Shown here piece by piece: positions 53,991 through 62,204 of a stretch of DNA of 64,000 nucleotides (its first letter is position 1; each line of letters begins with the position of its first letter). A model generated the notes under the pieces. That model searched no databases and was not told the DNA's origin. It saw only the letters and a program-made list of their open reading frames with translations. Source of the stretch: Dehalococcoidia bacterium (GTDB taxonomy: Bacteria; Chloroflexota; Dehalococcoidia; Lucifugimonadales; Australimonadaceae); NCBI GenBank assembly GCA_965243745.1, contig CBDEVR010000002.1, positions 1,237,986-1,301,985 on the forward strand. Direction: 5' to 3'. The position numbers and the translations under genes are program-made.

Positions 53991-54035
53991 TCCCTCTCCT
54001 GAGGGAGAGGGTGCCGCGAAGCGGCGGGTGAGGGC
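53991..54035 (+). repeat. REP-like hairpin repeat, family 2 (copy 1)
   Basis: ccctctcc-tga-gggagaggg hairpin followed by GGGTGAGGGC; starts 2 nt after the LLM stop. Confidence 0.7.
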
Positions 54036-54178
54036 CCTCTGGGTGGGGTGTGGTGGAAGCGCTGGGATGGGGATGAAGGCCCGATTCAGTGACACGCGGG
54101 CCTTCCCCGGACGCACCCGCCACCGCGTAGAATGAGCGGGCGCGGTAACGCGCTCGCGTTACGCCCCACGGAGGTTCG

Positions 54179-54571
54179 ATGAAGTTCTACGTTGCCGGAA
54201 AATTCGAGGACAAGGAGCGGGTGCGCCTGGCGCAGAGTTGCATTGAGGCCGCGGGGCACGAGATAACCCACGACTGGACGATGGCCGAGGCCTTCGGCGG
54301 GCCTGTAGAGGCCAGGGACGACATGGAGGGCGTCAAGGACGCCGATGCCCTGCTCTTCGTCAACGTGGACCCGGACCTCCCCTATGCCGGGTCGCTGGTC
54401 GAGATCGGCATGGCGATCGCGCTGGACAAGCCCGTCTACTTCATCAACACGAGACACATGAAGCGAAACATCTTCTACCACCTCCCCGGGGTCTACAGCG
54501 CCGCTGACGCGCCGCAGCCCATCGGCGAACGCCTTGCGGAGCGGTTCGGCGCGGTCATGAACGGCGTCTGA
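54179..54571 (+). CDS. nucleoside 2-deoxyribosyltransferase-like protein
   Basis: MKFYVAGKF N-terminus and DADALLFVNVDPDLPYAGSLVEIGMAIALDKPVYFI resemble the NDT/Rcl fold. Confidence 0.55.
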   Translation: MKFYVAGKFEDKERVRLAQSCIEAAGHEITHDWTMAEAFGGPVEARDDMEGVKDADALLFVNVDPDLPYAGSLVEIGMAIALDKPVYFINTRHMKRNIFYHLPGVYSAADAPQPIGERLAERFGAVMNGV

Positions 54572-54621
54572 TATCATCCTCTCGCCGCTCCGGCGGCCCG
54601 CACGCTCACAAGGAGACATAC

Positions 54622-54861
54622 ATGGCCGCCACCAAAGCATTCGTGCTCATCGAGACCACCGTCGGCAAGACCAAGGATGTCGTCAGCGCTCTCCACGAGG
54701 TCGACGGCGTTACGTCCGTCGACGTCGTCACGGGCCCGTACGATGTCATCTGCGTTGTCGAGGCTGATGATCTCAGCTCCGTCGGCGACACCGTCACCGG
54801 CAGCGTCCACACCATCGGCGGCATCGTCCGCACCGTCACCTGCCTCGCCGTCGGCGAGTAA
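54622..54861 (+). CDS. stand-alone Lrp/AsnC ligand-binding (RAM) domain protein
   Basis: 79 aa, KAFVLIETTVGKTKDVVSALHEVDGVTSVDVVTGPYDVICVVE. Confidence 0.8.
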   Translation: MAATKAFVLIETTVGKTKDVVSALHEVDGVTSVDVVTGPYDVICVVEADDLSSVGDTVTGSVHTIGGIVRTVTCLAVGE

Positions 54862-54894
54862 CCGCACTCGCCAAGCTGCCCGAGGCGATGCGCC

Positions 54895-55242
54895 ATGTTC
54901 GACCCCGACTGCATCTTCTGCAAGATCGCGCGGGGCGACATCCCCGCCGAAAAGATCTACGACGACGGCACGGTCTTCGCTATACACGACATCAACCCGA
55001 AGGCTCCCACGCACGTCCTCGTCATCCCGTACGAGCACGTCGAGGCCCTCTCGGACGCGGACCCGGCCCTCGTCGCCGCTGCCGCACGCTGTTTCGAAGT
55101 TGCGCCCGGCATCGCCCGCGACCTCGGCGTCGCGGAGACCGGCTACCGTCTCGTTGCCAACCAGGGGCCGGACTCCGGTCAGGAGGTGCCCCACTTCCAC
55201 CTCCACATCCTCGCCGGACGCCGCCTCGGCCCCATGGGCTGA
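54895..55242 (+). CDS. HIT family (histidine triad) nucleotide-binding protein
   Basis: CIFCKI zinc-like motif and HFHLHILAG histidine triad. Confidence 0.92.
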   Translation: MFDPDCIFCKIARGDIPAEKIYDDGTVFAIHDINPKAPTHVLVIPYEHVEALSDADPALVAAAARCFEVAPGIARDLGVAETGYRLVANQGPDSGQEVPHFHLHILAGRRLGPMG

Positions 55243-55300
55243 GCGCGCCATGGACAGTGTCATGTTGAGCGGAGCCGAAACATCTCTCGGGGTGTCTGGC

Positions 55301-55340
55301 GCCTTCCCCCTTGATGGGGGAAGGCTGGGGTGAGGGTGAA
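55301..55340 (+). repeat. REP-like hairpin repeat, family 2 (copy 2)
   Basis: ccttccccc-ttgat-gggggaagg hairpin followed by GGGGTGAGGGTGAA. Confidence 0.7.
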
Positions 55341-55353
55341 CGGATGGACCGCC

Positions 55354-55935
55354 ATGACCGCTGACCTCCCCCTGTCCCTTACGGCCCGCCTCGACGCCCT
55401 GCCGGATGGCCTGCGCGCGCACATCGAGCGCGTACGCGGCATCGCCCGCGAACTCGCTGCGGCCCATGCCATCGAGCCCGTGACCGCCGACCTCACCGCC
55501 GCCGCGCACGACGTCGCCCGCCACGTCCCCGGGAGGATGCTCATCGAGGAGGCGGAGCGCCTCGGTATACCGGTCAACGCCGTCGAGCGCGCCGCCCCCA
55601 TCCTCCTTCACGGGCCGGTCGGGGCGGCGTGGCTGCGCGAGGACGGCGCGATACGCGACCCGGAGGTGCTGGAGGGCGTGCGCTGGCACACCACCGCGCA
55701 CCCGGACCTCGCGCCGGTGGGGCAGGTCGTCTTCGTCGCCGACAAGCTCGACCCCATGAAGCAGAAGGCGTACCCCTTCCAGTCGGAGGTGCGCGCTGCC
55801 GCGGCCCGCAGCCTCCACGAGGGCGTCCTCGCCTTCTTGGACGGCGCACTCCGCACACACCTCGATCGCCGCGAGTTCATCCACCCCATGAGCGCCGACA
55901 CCCGCAACAGCCTCCTCATCGCCCTCTCCTGCTGA
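55354..55935 (+). CDS. HD-domain phosphohydrolase (YqeK-like)
   Basis: AHDVARH HD motif, LLHGPVGAAWL, FVADKLDP. Start is ATG 55354 or GTG 55330. Confidence 0.7.
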   Translation: MTADLPLSLTARLDALPDGLRAHIERVRGIARELAAAHAIEPVTADLTAAAHDVARHVPGRMLIEEAERLGIPVNAVERAAPILLHGPVGAAWLREDGAIRDPEVLEGVRWHTTAHPDLAPVGQVVFVADKLDPMKQKAYPFQSEVRAAAARSLHEGVLAFLDGALRTHLDRREFIHPMSADTRNSLLIALSC

Positions 55936-56022
55936 ATCTCCAGGCGGCATATCCGCCTTGACGAGTGAGCGGCGCGATTCGTATCGTGCCCCTGACAGCG
56001 GCGGCGGAAGGAGACGGCAGCC

Positions 56023-57300
56023 ATGCTGAGCCTGCAGGACAACACGATACTGGGACAGGTCGGGCCCGGCACCATGATGGGCGACCTGCTCAGGCGCTTC
56101 TGGGTGCCGTTCATCGAGGCGTCGAAGGTCGCACCAGTCGCTGGCGACCCCGTCGAAGTCGAACTGCTCGGCGAGAAACTCATCATCTTCACCGATGGCG
56201 AGGGGCGCTACGTCATGTTCGAGAACTTCTGCCCCCATCGCGGCACCCCGCTCTACTTCGGCAAGAACGAGGGAGACGGCCTCCGCTGCATCTACCACGG
56301 CTGGAAGTTCGACAGCACCGGCGCGTGCATGGAGATGCCGTCCGAGCCAGCGCGCTCCAACTTCAAAAACAAGATATCGGCGAAGTCGTACCCCGTCCGC
56401 GAGATGGCTGGCATCCTCTGGGCGTACATGGGGCCGCAGGAATTGATGCCCGGCCTGCCGCACATCGAGTGGGCCGGCGTCACCCCGGAGATGCGGAACA
56501 TCGTCAGATACAACCAGGAGTGCAACTGGGTGCAGGCGCTGGAGGGCGACATCGACTCCAGCCACGTTGGCTTCCTGCATCGCGGCTCGCTGTTCCGCGA
56601 CTCGTCCATCTCCAGCCAGGACAGCCAACTCCTCCTCTACGACACCTCGCCCCGCTGGGTCGTCGAAACGACCGACTACGGCATGATGCTGGCCGCCCAG
56701 CGCAGCACCAGCGACCCCGCCCACGATTACTGGCGTACCAACCAGTGGCTCATGCCCTACATCACCATGATTCCCACAGACCTCGAACTCCGCCGCGCTC
56801 ACGGCCACATGTGGGTGCCCATCAACGACGTGCAGACGCAGGTCTGGTGCATCATCTGGTCGCCCACCGAGGAGATCACGCAGCGCGAGCGCGACAACGT
56901 GCAGCACGGCCCCATGCCCCACATCGCCACCATCGACCCTGATACAGGACGCCTGCGCGCCACGAAGGCCAACCACTTCCTGCAGGACCGCTACCTCCAG
57001 CGCAACACGGACCTGCTCAGCGGCATCGTCGGCGTACGCGAGCAGGACACGGCCGTCGTCGAGGGGATGGGCGCCCTCGCCGACCGCACGCGCGAGCACC
57101 TCGGCACGAGCGACATCCCCATCATCACGATGCGCCGCCGCCTGCTCCGTGACGCCAAGGCGCTGGCTGACGGAATCGAGCCGCTCGCGGCGTCCACCGG
57201 CGAGCACTTCGGCGTGCGGTCGTGGTCGGCGCTCCTCGAGTCGGACAAGCCGTTCAAGGAGAACCCGCGCGTTCCCGAGCTCATGGCCGCCATGGCCTGA
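56023..57300 (+). CDS. Rieske [2Fe-2S] aromatic-ring-hydroxylating oxygenase alpha subunit (phthalate/KshA-like family)
   Basis: CPHRGTPL...CIYHGWKF Rieske motif. Mononuclear iron site EGDIDSSHVGFLH. Confidence 0.88.
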   Translation: MLSLQDNTILGQVGPGTMMGDLLRRFWVPFIEASKVAPVAGDPVEVELLGEKLIIFTDGEGRYVMFENFCPHRGTPLYFGKNEGDGLRCIYHGWKFDSTGACMEMPSEPARSNFKNKISAKSYPVREMAGILWAYMGPQELMPGLPHIEWAGVTPEMRNIVRYNQECNWVQALEGDIDSSHVGFLHRGSLFRDSSISSQDSQLLLYDTSPRWVVETTDYGMMLAAQRSTSDPAHDYWRTNQWLMPYITMIPTDLELRRAHGHMWVPINDVQTQVWCIIWSPTEEITQRERDNVQHGPMPHIATIDPDTGRLRATKANHFLQDRYLQRNTDLLSGIVGVREQDTAVVEGMGALADRTREHLGTSDIPIITMRRRLLRDAKALADGIEPLAASTGEHFGVRSWSALLESDKPFKENPRVPELMAAMA

Positions 57301-57337
57301 CCCCGTTCCCTACAATGGAAGCAGGGGAGAGGCTCGC

Positions 57338-58855
57338 ATGAGCGATGGACCACTGACCGGTGAGCAGGCTGACCCTGTCCTGACCCTTGGCATGGACAGG
57401 CGCAGTTTCATGGCCCGCGCCGCGCTACTCGGCCTGACCGCCGCAACCGCACCGGTCTTCATCGCCGCCACGCAGCAGAGCGGCCCTGTAGCGAGCAACG
57501 ACCCAGGGCGCGGCCCGCTCCCGCAGCCTCGAGGCCTTCTGTCTCAGGACGGCGCTCCTCTGGACGAAGCAGGCCGCGTCAGCCACCTGCTCTGGCGCGC
57601 CGGGTTCGGCGCGTCCCCAGCCGAACTGGCGCTGTTCAGGGAGATGGGCCTGCAGGCCACGATCGACCACCTGGTCGATTTCGACGACATCGACGACAGC
57701 GCACTGGAGGAGCGTCTCGCGCCGCAGGAGCCGGAACTGGAGAAGAACCTCAACCGGCTTCAGCGATGGTCTCTCCAGCGCATGGCCTACACCGCCCGAC
57801 CGCTGCAGGAGAAGATGACGCTCTTCTGGCACGGCATCCTGACCAGCTCGTTCAGGATCAGCGGCAAGGGGCCGTACATGGTCATCCAGGACCGCCTCTT
57901 CCGCGAGCAAGGGATGGGGCGGTACGACGAACTGCTCAAGGCCGTCTCCCGCGACCCGGCGATGATGACCTACCTGGACAGCCGCTCCAACAAGAAGGCC
58001 GCCCCGAACGAGAACTACTCCCGCGAACTGATGGAACTGTTCACGCTGGGTATCGGCCACTACACCGAGGACGATGTACGCGAGTCCGCGCGGGCCTTCA
58101 CCGGCTGGCAACTCAGCCGCAAGAGAGGGTTCTACATCAACGAGAAGCAGCACGATAACGGACGCAAGACGTTCCTTGGCCGCACGGGCAGGTTCGATGG
58201 CGACGACATCGTCGACATCATCATGGAGCAACCCGCTGCAGCCCGCTACATCTGTACCCGGCTCTGGACGTTCTTCGCGTACCCCGACCCGGAACCGGAG
58301 GTGATCGAGCGCCTTGCGGACGTCTTCAGGGCGAACGGCACGGAGATCCGCCCCGTCGTCCGCGCGATGTTCGAGTCAGACGAGTTCTATGGCGCTCGCG
58401 CCAGGGTCGCGCTCGTGAAATCGCCGGTCGAACTCGCTGTGGGCGCGGTGCGCGCGCTCGGCATCGAGACTGATTTCAAGCCGCTCGACAAGCCCATCGA
58501 ACAGATGGGGCAGGCGCTCTTCGAGCCTCCCAATGTCGCCGGGTGGCCCGGAGGAGTCGCCTGGATCAACAGCTCTTCGCTGCTGCAGCGCATCAACGCG
58601 GCCAACATGCTGGCGGAAGGGAACAACGGCAGACTGCGGTTCACTCCCGGGGACCTCATGGACGGACAGCGGCTGAGCACGTCCGGAGAGATCGTCGACT
58701 TCCTCGACGACCTCCTCCTTGGCGGGCGTCTCCAAGACGCCGACCGTGACGTGCTGACGGCCTTCCTGGACGATCTGGGGAACGTGTCCCTCGACCGGAA
58801 GATCAGGAGCGTCGTCTATCTCATGCTGGCGTCGCCGAACTTCCAGGTGGTGTGA
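57338..58855 (+). CDS. DUF1800 domain protein with Tat-like signal
   Basis: Internal ATG. RRSFMARAALLGL twin-arginine signal. Always-paired neighbour of DUF1501. Confidence 0.75.
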   Translation: MSDGPLTGEQADPVLTLGMDRRSFMARAALLGLTAATAPVFIAATQQSGPVASNDPGRGPLPQPRGLLSQDGAPLDEAGRVSHLLWRAGFGASPAELALFREMGLQATIDHLVDFDDIDDSALEERLAPQEPELEKNLNRLQRWSLQRMAYTARPLQEKMTLFWHGILTSSFRISGKGPYMVIQDRLFREQGMGRYDELLKAVSRDPAMMTYLDSRSNKKAAPNENYSRELMELFTLGIGHYTEDDVRESARAFTGWQLSRKRGFYINEKQHDNGRKTFLGRTGRFDGDDIVDIIMEQPAAARYICTRLWTFFAYPDPEPEVIERLADVFRANGTEIRPVVRAMFESDEFYGARARVALVKSPVELAVGAVRALGIETDFKPLDKPIEQMGQALFEPPNVAGWPGGVAWINSSSLLQRINAANMLAEGNNGRLRFTPGDLMDGQRLSTSGEIVDFLDDLLLGGRLQDADRDVLTAFLDDLGNVSLDRKIRSVVYLMLASPNFQVV

Positions 58856-58865
58856 GGCAGATGCG

Positions 58866-60128
58866 ATGTTGATCAGCAGGCGCCAGTTCCTCAAGACCAG
58901 CATGGTGGCCGTTCCAGCGGCGGCGGCCATGCCGGCTGTCTTCAGCAGGGCCGTAGCAGCCGCCATCCACGAACAGCCGTCCAGCGCCGCGCCCATGGGC
59001 GACCGTGTGCTCGTGATCGTGCAGATGGCCGGGGGGAACGACGGCCTGAACACCGTCGTCCCGGCGGACGACAGCAGGTACTACGACCTGCGCGGCAGCC
59101 TCGCGATACCGCAGAGCGAGGTGCTCCCCATCAACGGGCAGGCGGGTTTCCACCCGAGCCTGGCGGCGTTCAAGGAACTGTGGGACGAGGACGCGCTCGC
59201 GGTGGTGGAGGGCGTCGGTTACCCGGACCAGAGCTTCTCGCACTTCGAATCGATGGACATCTGGCAGACGGCGCAGATAGACAAGAGGGACTACGAGGGC
59301 TGGCTCGGGCGTTACCTGGACGGCATCGCCATCGAGCAGGAGGACGCCTTCCTCGCGCTGGCGGCGGACTCGCGGATGCCGCGGGCGCTCCTTACGTCGA
59401 ACCTCACCGTGCCGCTCGTGGAGAGCGTGGACGCTTACAAACTGCTAGACGACCCACAGAATGCCTCGAACCGGCAGGCGCGGACGGAAGCGCTCTTTCG
59501 GCTCTACGCCTCAGCGCCGGGAGCGACGCGCTTCGGCGCACTGCTGGACAACACCCTGACCGCGGCGCAGCGCAGCTCGGACGCGGTGCAACGGGCGCAT
59601 GCCCGCTATCAACCTGCCGTCGAATACGGGGGTTCGGCCCTCGCTCAGGGGCTCCGGCTCGTCGCCGAGGCGATAGACGCGGATCTCGGCCTGCGCGTGG
59701 GGCATGTGAAGATAGGTGGCTTCGATACGCACGCGGCGCAGGAGGCCCGGCACGAGAGCCTGCTCGCTGAGGCTGCGAACGCCATGCTCGCCTTCTACCG
59801 GGACCTGCAGGTGCACGGACATGCGAACGACGTAGTGATGATGACGTGGTCCGAGTTCGGGCGGCGGGCGACCGCCAACTCGAGCGGTGGCACCGACCAC
59901 GGCTCCGCCGGGCCGATGTTCGTCGTGGGCGCGCCTGTGGCTGGCGGGCTCTACGGCGAGCGCCCCGGCCTCGCCACGCTCGACAGGAACAACCTCCGGT
60001 TCACGACGGACTTCCGGCAGGTGTACGCATCGGTGCTGGAGGATTGGCTGGGTGCGCCGTCGCAGGACGTCCTCGGAGGCCGCTTCGAGCGCCTGCCGCT
60101 CTTCGTGCCAGGGGCGGCGGCCTACTAG
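58866..60128 (+). CDS. DUF1501 domain protein (sulfatase-like fold) with Tat-like signal
   Basis: SRRQFLKTSMVAVPAAAA signal; GGTDHGSAGPMFVVG motif. Confidence 0.8.
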   Translation: MLISRRQFLKTSMVAVPAAAAMPAVFSRAVAAAIHEQPSSAAPMGDRVLVIVQMAGGNDGLNTVVPADDSRYYDLRGSLAIPQSEVLPINGQAGFHPSLAAFKELWDEDALAVVEGVGYPDQSFSHFESMDIWQTAQIDKRDYEGWLGRYLDGIAIEQEDAFLALAADSRMPRALLTSNLTVPLVESVDAYKLLDDPQNASNRQARTEALFRLYASAPGATRFGALLDNTLTAAQRSSDAVQRAHARYQPAVEYGGSALAQGLRLVAEAIDADLGLRVGHVKIGGFDTHAAQEARHESLLAEAANAMLAFYRDLQVHGHANDVVMMTWSEFGRRATANSSGGTDHGSAGPMFVVGAPVAGGLYGERPGLATLDRNNLRFTTDFRQVYASVLEDWLGAPSQDVLGGRFERLPLFVPGAAAY

Positions 60129-61201
60129 TCGAGTGGCGTCAGGTCTCGACCGGCGAGCGCAGGGTGGTCCGGCGCGTAGCGGTGCGCGCGGAAGACGGAG
60201 TTGGGGCCGCCTGAGCCCATCGGCGCGCCCACCGGGATGCGGTGCGGGTTCACGTACTCCCACACGACCTCGCCGTCCGGCGTCACCTCGAACAGCCGCC
60301 CCGGCGCGCCTTCGCAGACCAGCGTGTTGCCGTTCGGCTGTCGCTCCGCGCCGCTGATGTGGTAGCTGTAGAACGAGATGGGCGGAGAGCCTGTGTACTC
60401 CCACTCGATACGCCCGCTCTCCGGGTCCACCTCGACGACGCGTGAATGCGTCGCCCCGCCGCGGTGTGGCCCGTTGTCGAACAGCAGGACGCGCCCGTTC
60501 GGCAGGAACGTGGGGTGGTGCTGGTGCGATATCTCGCCCGGCCCCCACTTCCACGTGAACCGGCCCGTATCGCGGCTGACGATGCCGACGGTGTCTATCT
60601 GGCGGAAGCTGACGAGCAGGTCCCCGTCCGCCGTGAGGTTGAGCGCGTTCTGGTGCAACCACTGGTGCCGCTCCTCCAGCGGGCAGATGGCGTCCTGCTC
60701 CGGGTCGAGCGCCTGCCACATGCTCCACTCCCGCACGGTCGCTCCAGCCTCGTCCACCTCGCGCACGAGTTCGCCGTACATCGGCTCCTCGATGCTCCCG
60801 CGTCCGCCGCGCACGCGCCGCGCCGCGTCCTGCGGCATGAGGTCGTACAGCACCAGCAGCGTGTGCCCGTCCGGCAAGCGCTCGAAATCGTGGTGCACGT
60901 AGGGGTCCCAGTACTCCCAGACGAGGTTGCCGTCCCAGTCCAGCTCCAGGATTCCGGTGGGCTGGTCGGAGGGCGGTATGAACCCGCCGCTGGCGCGTGT
61001 CCTGCTGAGCAGGTTGCCGTTCTTCAGCAGGAAGCCGTAGGAGATACCCTCTTCCCGGCGCCAGCGATGGCAGACGCGTCCCTCCATGTCGATGAGGAAG
61101 GCGTCCTTGCCTCCGGACATGGAGACGAGGGTGTAGCCCTGAAACGCCTGAGATGAGTCGTGGTACAGCAGTCCGTCCGGGTGATGGATCGTCCAGCCCA
61201 T
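60125..61201 (-). CDS. arylsulfotransferase (ASST)-like beta-propeller protein
   Basis: 358 aa. Repeated W/H-rich blades (HQHHPTFLPNGRVLLFDNG, NGNTLVCEG). No signal peptide. Stop overlaps the DUF1501 stop (CTAG). Confidence 0.6.
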   Translation of the reverse strand: MGWTIHHPDGLLYHDSSQAFQGYTLVSMSGGKDAFLIDMEGRVCHRWRREEGISYGFLLKNGNLLSRTRASGGFIPPSDQPTGILELDWDGNLVWEYWDPYVHHDFERLPDGHTLLVLYDLMPQDAARRVRGGRGSIEEPMYGELVREVDEAGATVREWSMWQALDPEQDAICPLEERHQWLHQNALNLTADGDLLVSFRQIDTVGIVSRDTGRFTWKWGPGEISHQHHPTFLPNGRVLLFDNGPHRGGATHSRVVEVDPESGRIEWEYTGSPPISFYSYHISGAERQPNGNTLVCEGAPGRLFEVTPDGEVVWEYVNPHRIPVGAPMGSGGPNSVFRAHRYAPDHPALAGRDLTPLD

Positions 61202-61211
61202 GGTGCGCTCC

Positions 61212-62027
61212 TCAGCCTTCTGACAGCCACTCGTCCGGCCCGCCGAGGCCGTGCTCGAGGTTCCAGTCTGCGGCGTAGATGACCTTACCGGTGACGCCGG
61301 TCGACGCGGTCTGCGCCGCGAAGAACTTGGCGAGCGGCACGACCGACTCCGGTTTCAGCGGTATCGCGCCTGCGGCCATGATGCCGTGCTCCTTGCGGAT
61401 GATGTCCTGCTCCCGCGTGCCAGTGGTGGCGGCGTGCGGAGGGAACAGCACGTTGACCGCCACGTTGTACTCCGCGATCTCGTTCGCCAGGTAGAGCGAG
61501 AGGTTCGTGAGCGCGGACTTCGACGCCATGTACGGCTGCTCCCGGCTGTGGGGCCGGTACCAGCGCGGGTCCGTTCCAGTGGTGGAGACGTTGATGATGC
61601 TCCCTGCGCGCTTCTCCAGCATCGGCTGCACGAAGGTACGGATCATGGCGAGGGTGCCAAAGACGTTGACGTCGAACATGCGCCGCCAGTCCTCCGGCGG
61701 CACGTCCAGCACCCTGCCGATGCCGTGCGGGGGGATGATGTGCCGCTGCCGCATCCCCGCGTTGTTGAGCAGCACGTCCACCGTCCCGAAACACTCCATC
61801 GTTGCCGAGAACGCCGCCTCGATGTGGTCTTCGCGGGTGACGTCCAGCTCGAGAGCGAGCCCTCCTGCCGCCTCCACGACTGCCTGCGTCTCTTCCGCGC
61901 CGTCGCCGTTCCATGAGAGGTCGCCGCAGACGACGCGACAACCCTCGTCGAGGAAGCCGTAGGTATAGGCGCGGCCCATGCCCCTCGCCGCGCCGGTGAT
62001 CACCACCACCTTGTCTTCCAGTGTCAC
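61212..62027 (-). CDS. SDR family oxidoreductase
   Basis: GTG start. TGAARGMGRA and YMASKSA (YxxxK). Confidence 0.85.
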   Translation of the reverse strand: MTLEDKVVVITGAARGMGRAYTYGFLDEGCRVVCGDLSWNGDGAEETQAVVEAAGGLALELDVTREDHIEAAFSATMECFGTVDVLLNNAGMRQRHIIPPHGIGRVLDVPPEDWRRMFDVNVFGTLAMIRTFVQPMLEKRAGSIINVSTTGTDPRWYRPHSREQPYMASKSALTNLSLYLANEIAEYNVAVNVLFPPHAATTGTREQDIIRKEHGIMAAGAIPLKPESVVPLAKFFAAQTASTGVTGKVIYAADWNLEHGLGGPDEWLSEG

Positions 62028-62113
62028 TGCTTGCCCTCGCGCGATGTGCGCGGGACAACCTACGCCCTCTGCGGCTGAACGGCAACCGTGCCGCGGGCAA
62101 GCGAAAGAGGCGG

Positions 62114-62188
62114 GAACATGCGTTCTAAAGCGTGTTGACAGTGTAGAACAATCGTTCTAATATGCCTCCCAGCGTAGCACATGCGTTC
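62114..62188 (+). promoter_or_regulatory. three LexA-type (GAAC-N4-GTTC) boxes
   Basis: gGAACatgcGTTCt at 62114..62125; aGAACaatcGTTCt at 62146..62157; aGcACatgcGTTCt at 62177..62188. Centres are 32 and 31 bp apart. Confidence 0.65.
62135..62163 (+). promoter_or_regulatory. near-consensus sigma70 promoter
   Basis: TTGACA (62135..62140), N17, TAATAT (62158..62163). The middle SOS-like box fills the spacer. Confidence 0.65.
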
Positions 62189-62204
62189 TGCCAGGAGTAG
62201 CGAG

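Noticed and set aside
54574-57207. 877-aa minus-strand ORF spanning five plus-strand genes
   Set aside because: It lies antisense to well-supported genes (Lrp-RAM, HIT, HD, Rieske). Its low-complexity R/G/A/V-rich translation is typical of shadow ORFs in GC-rich DNA.
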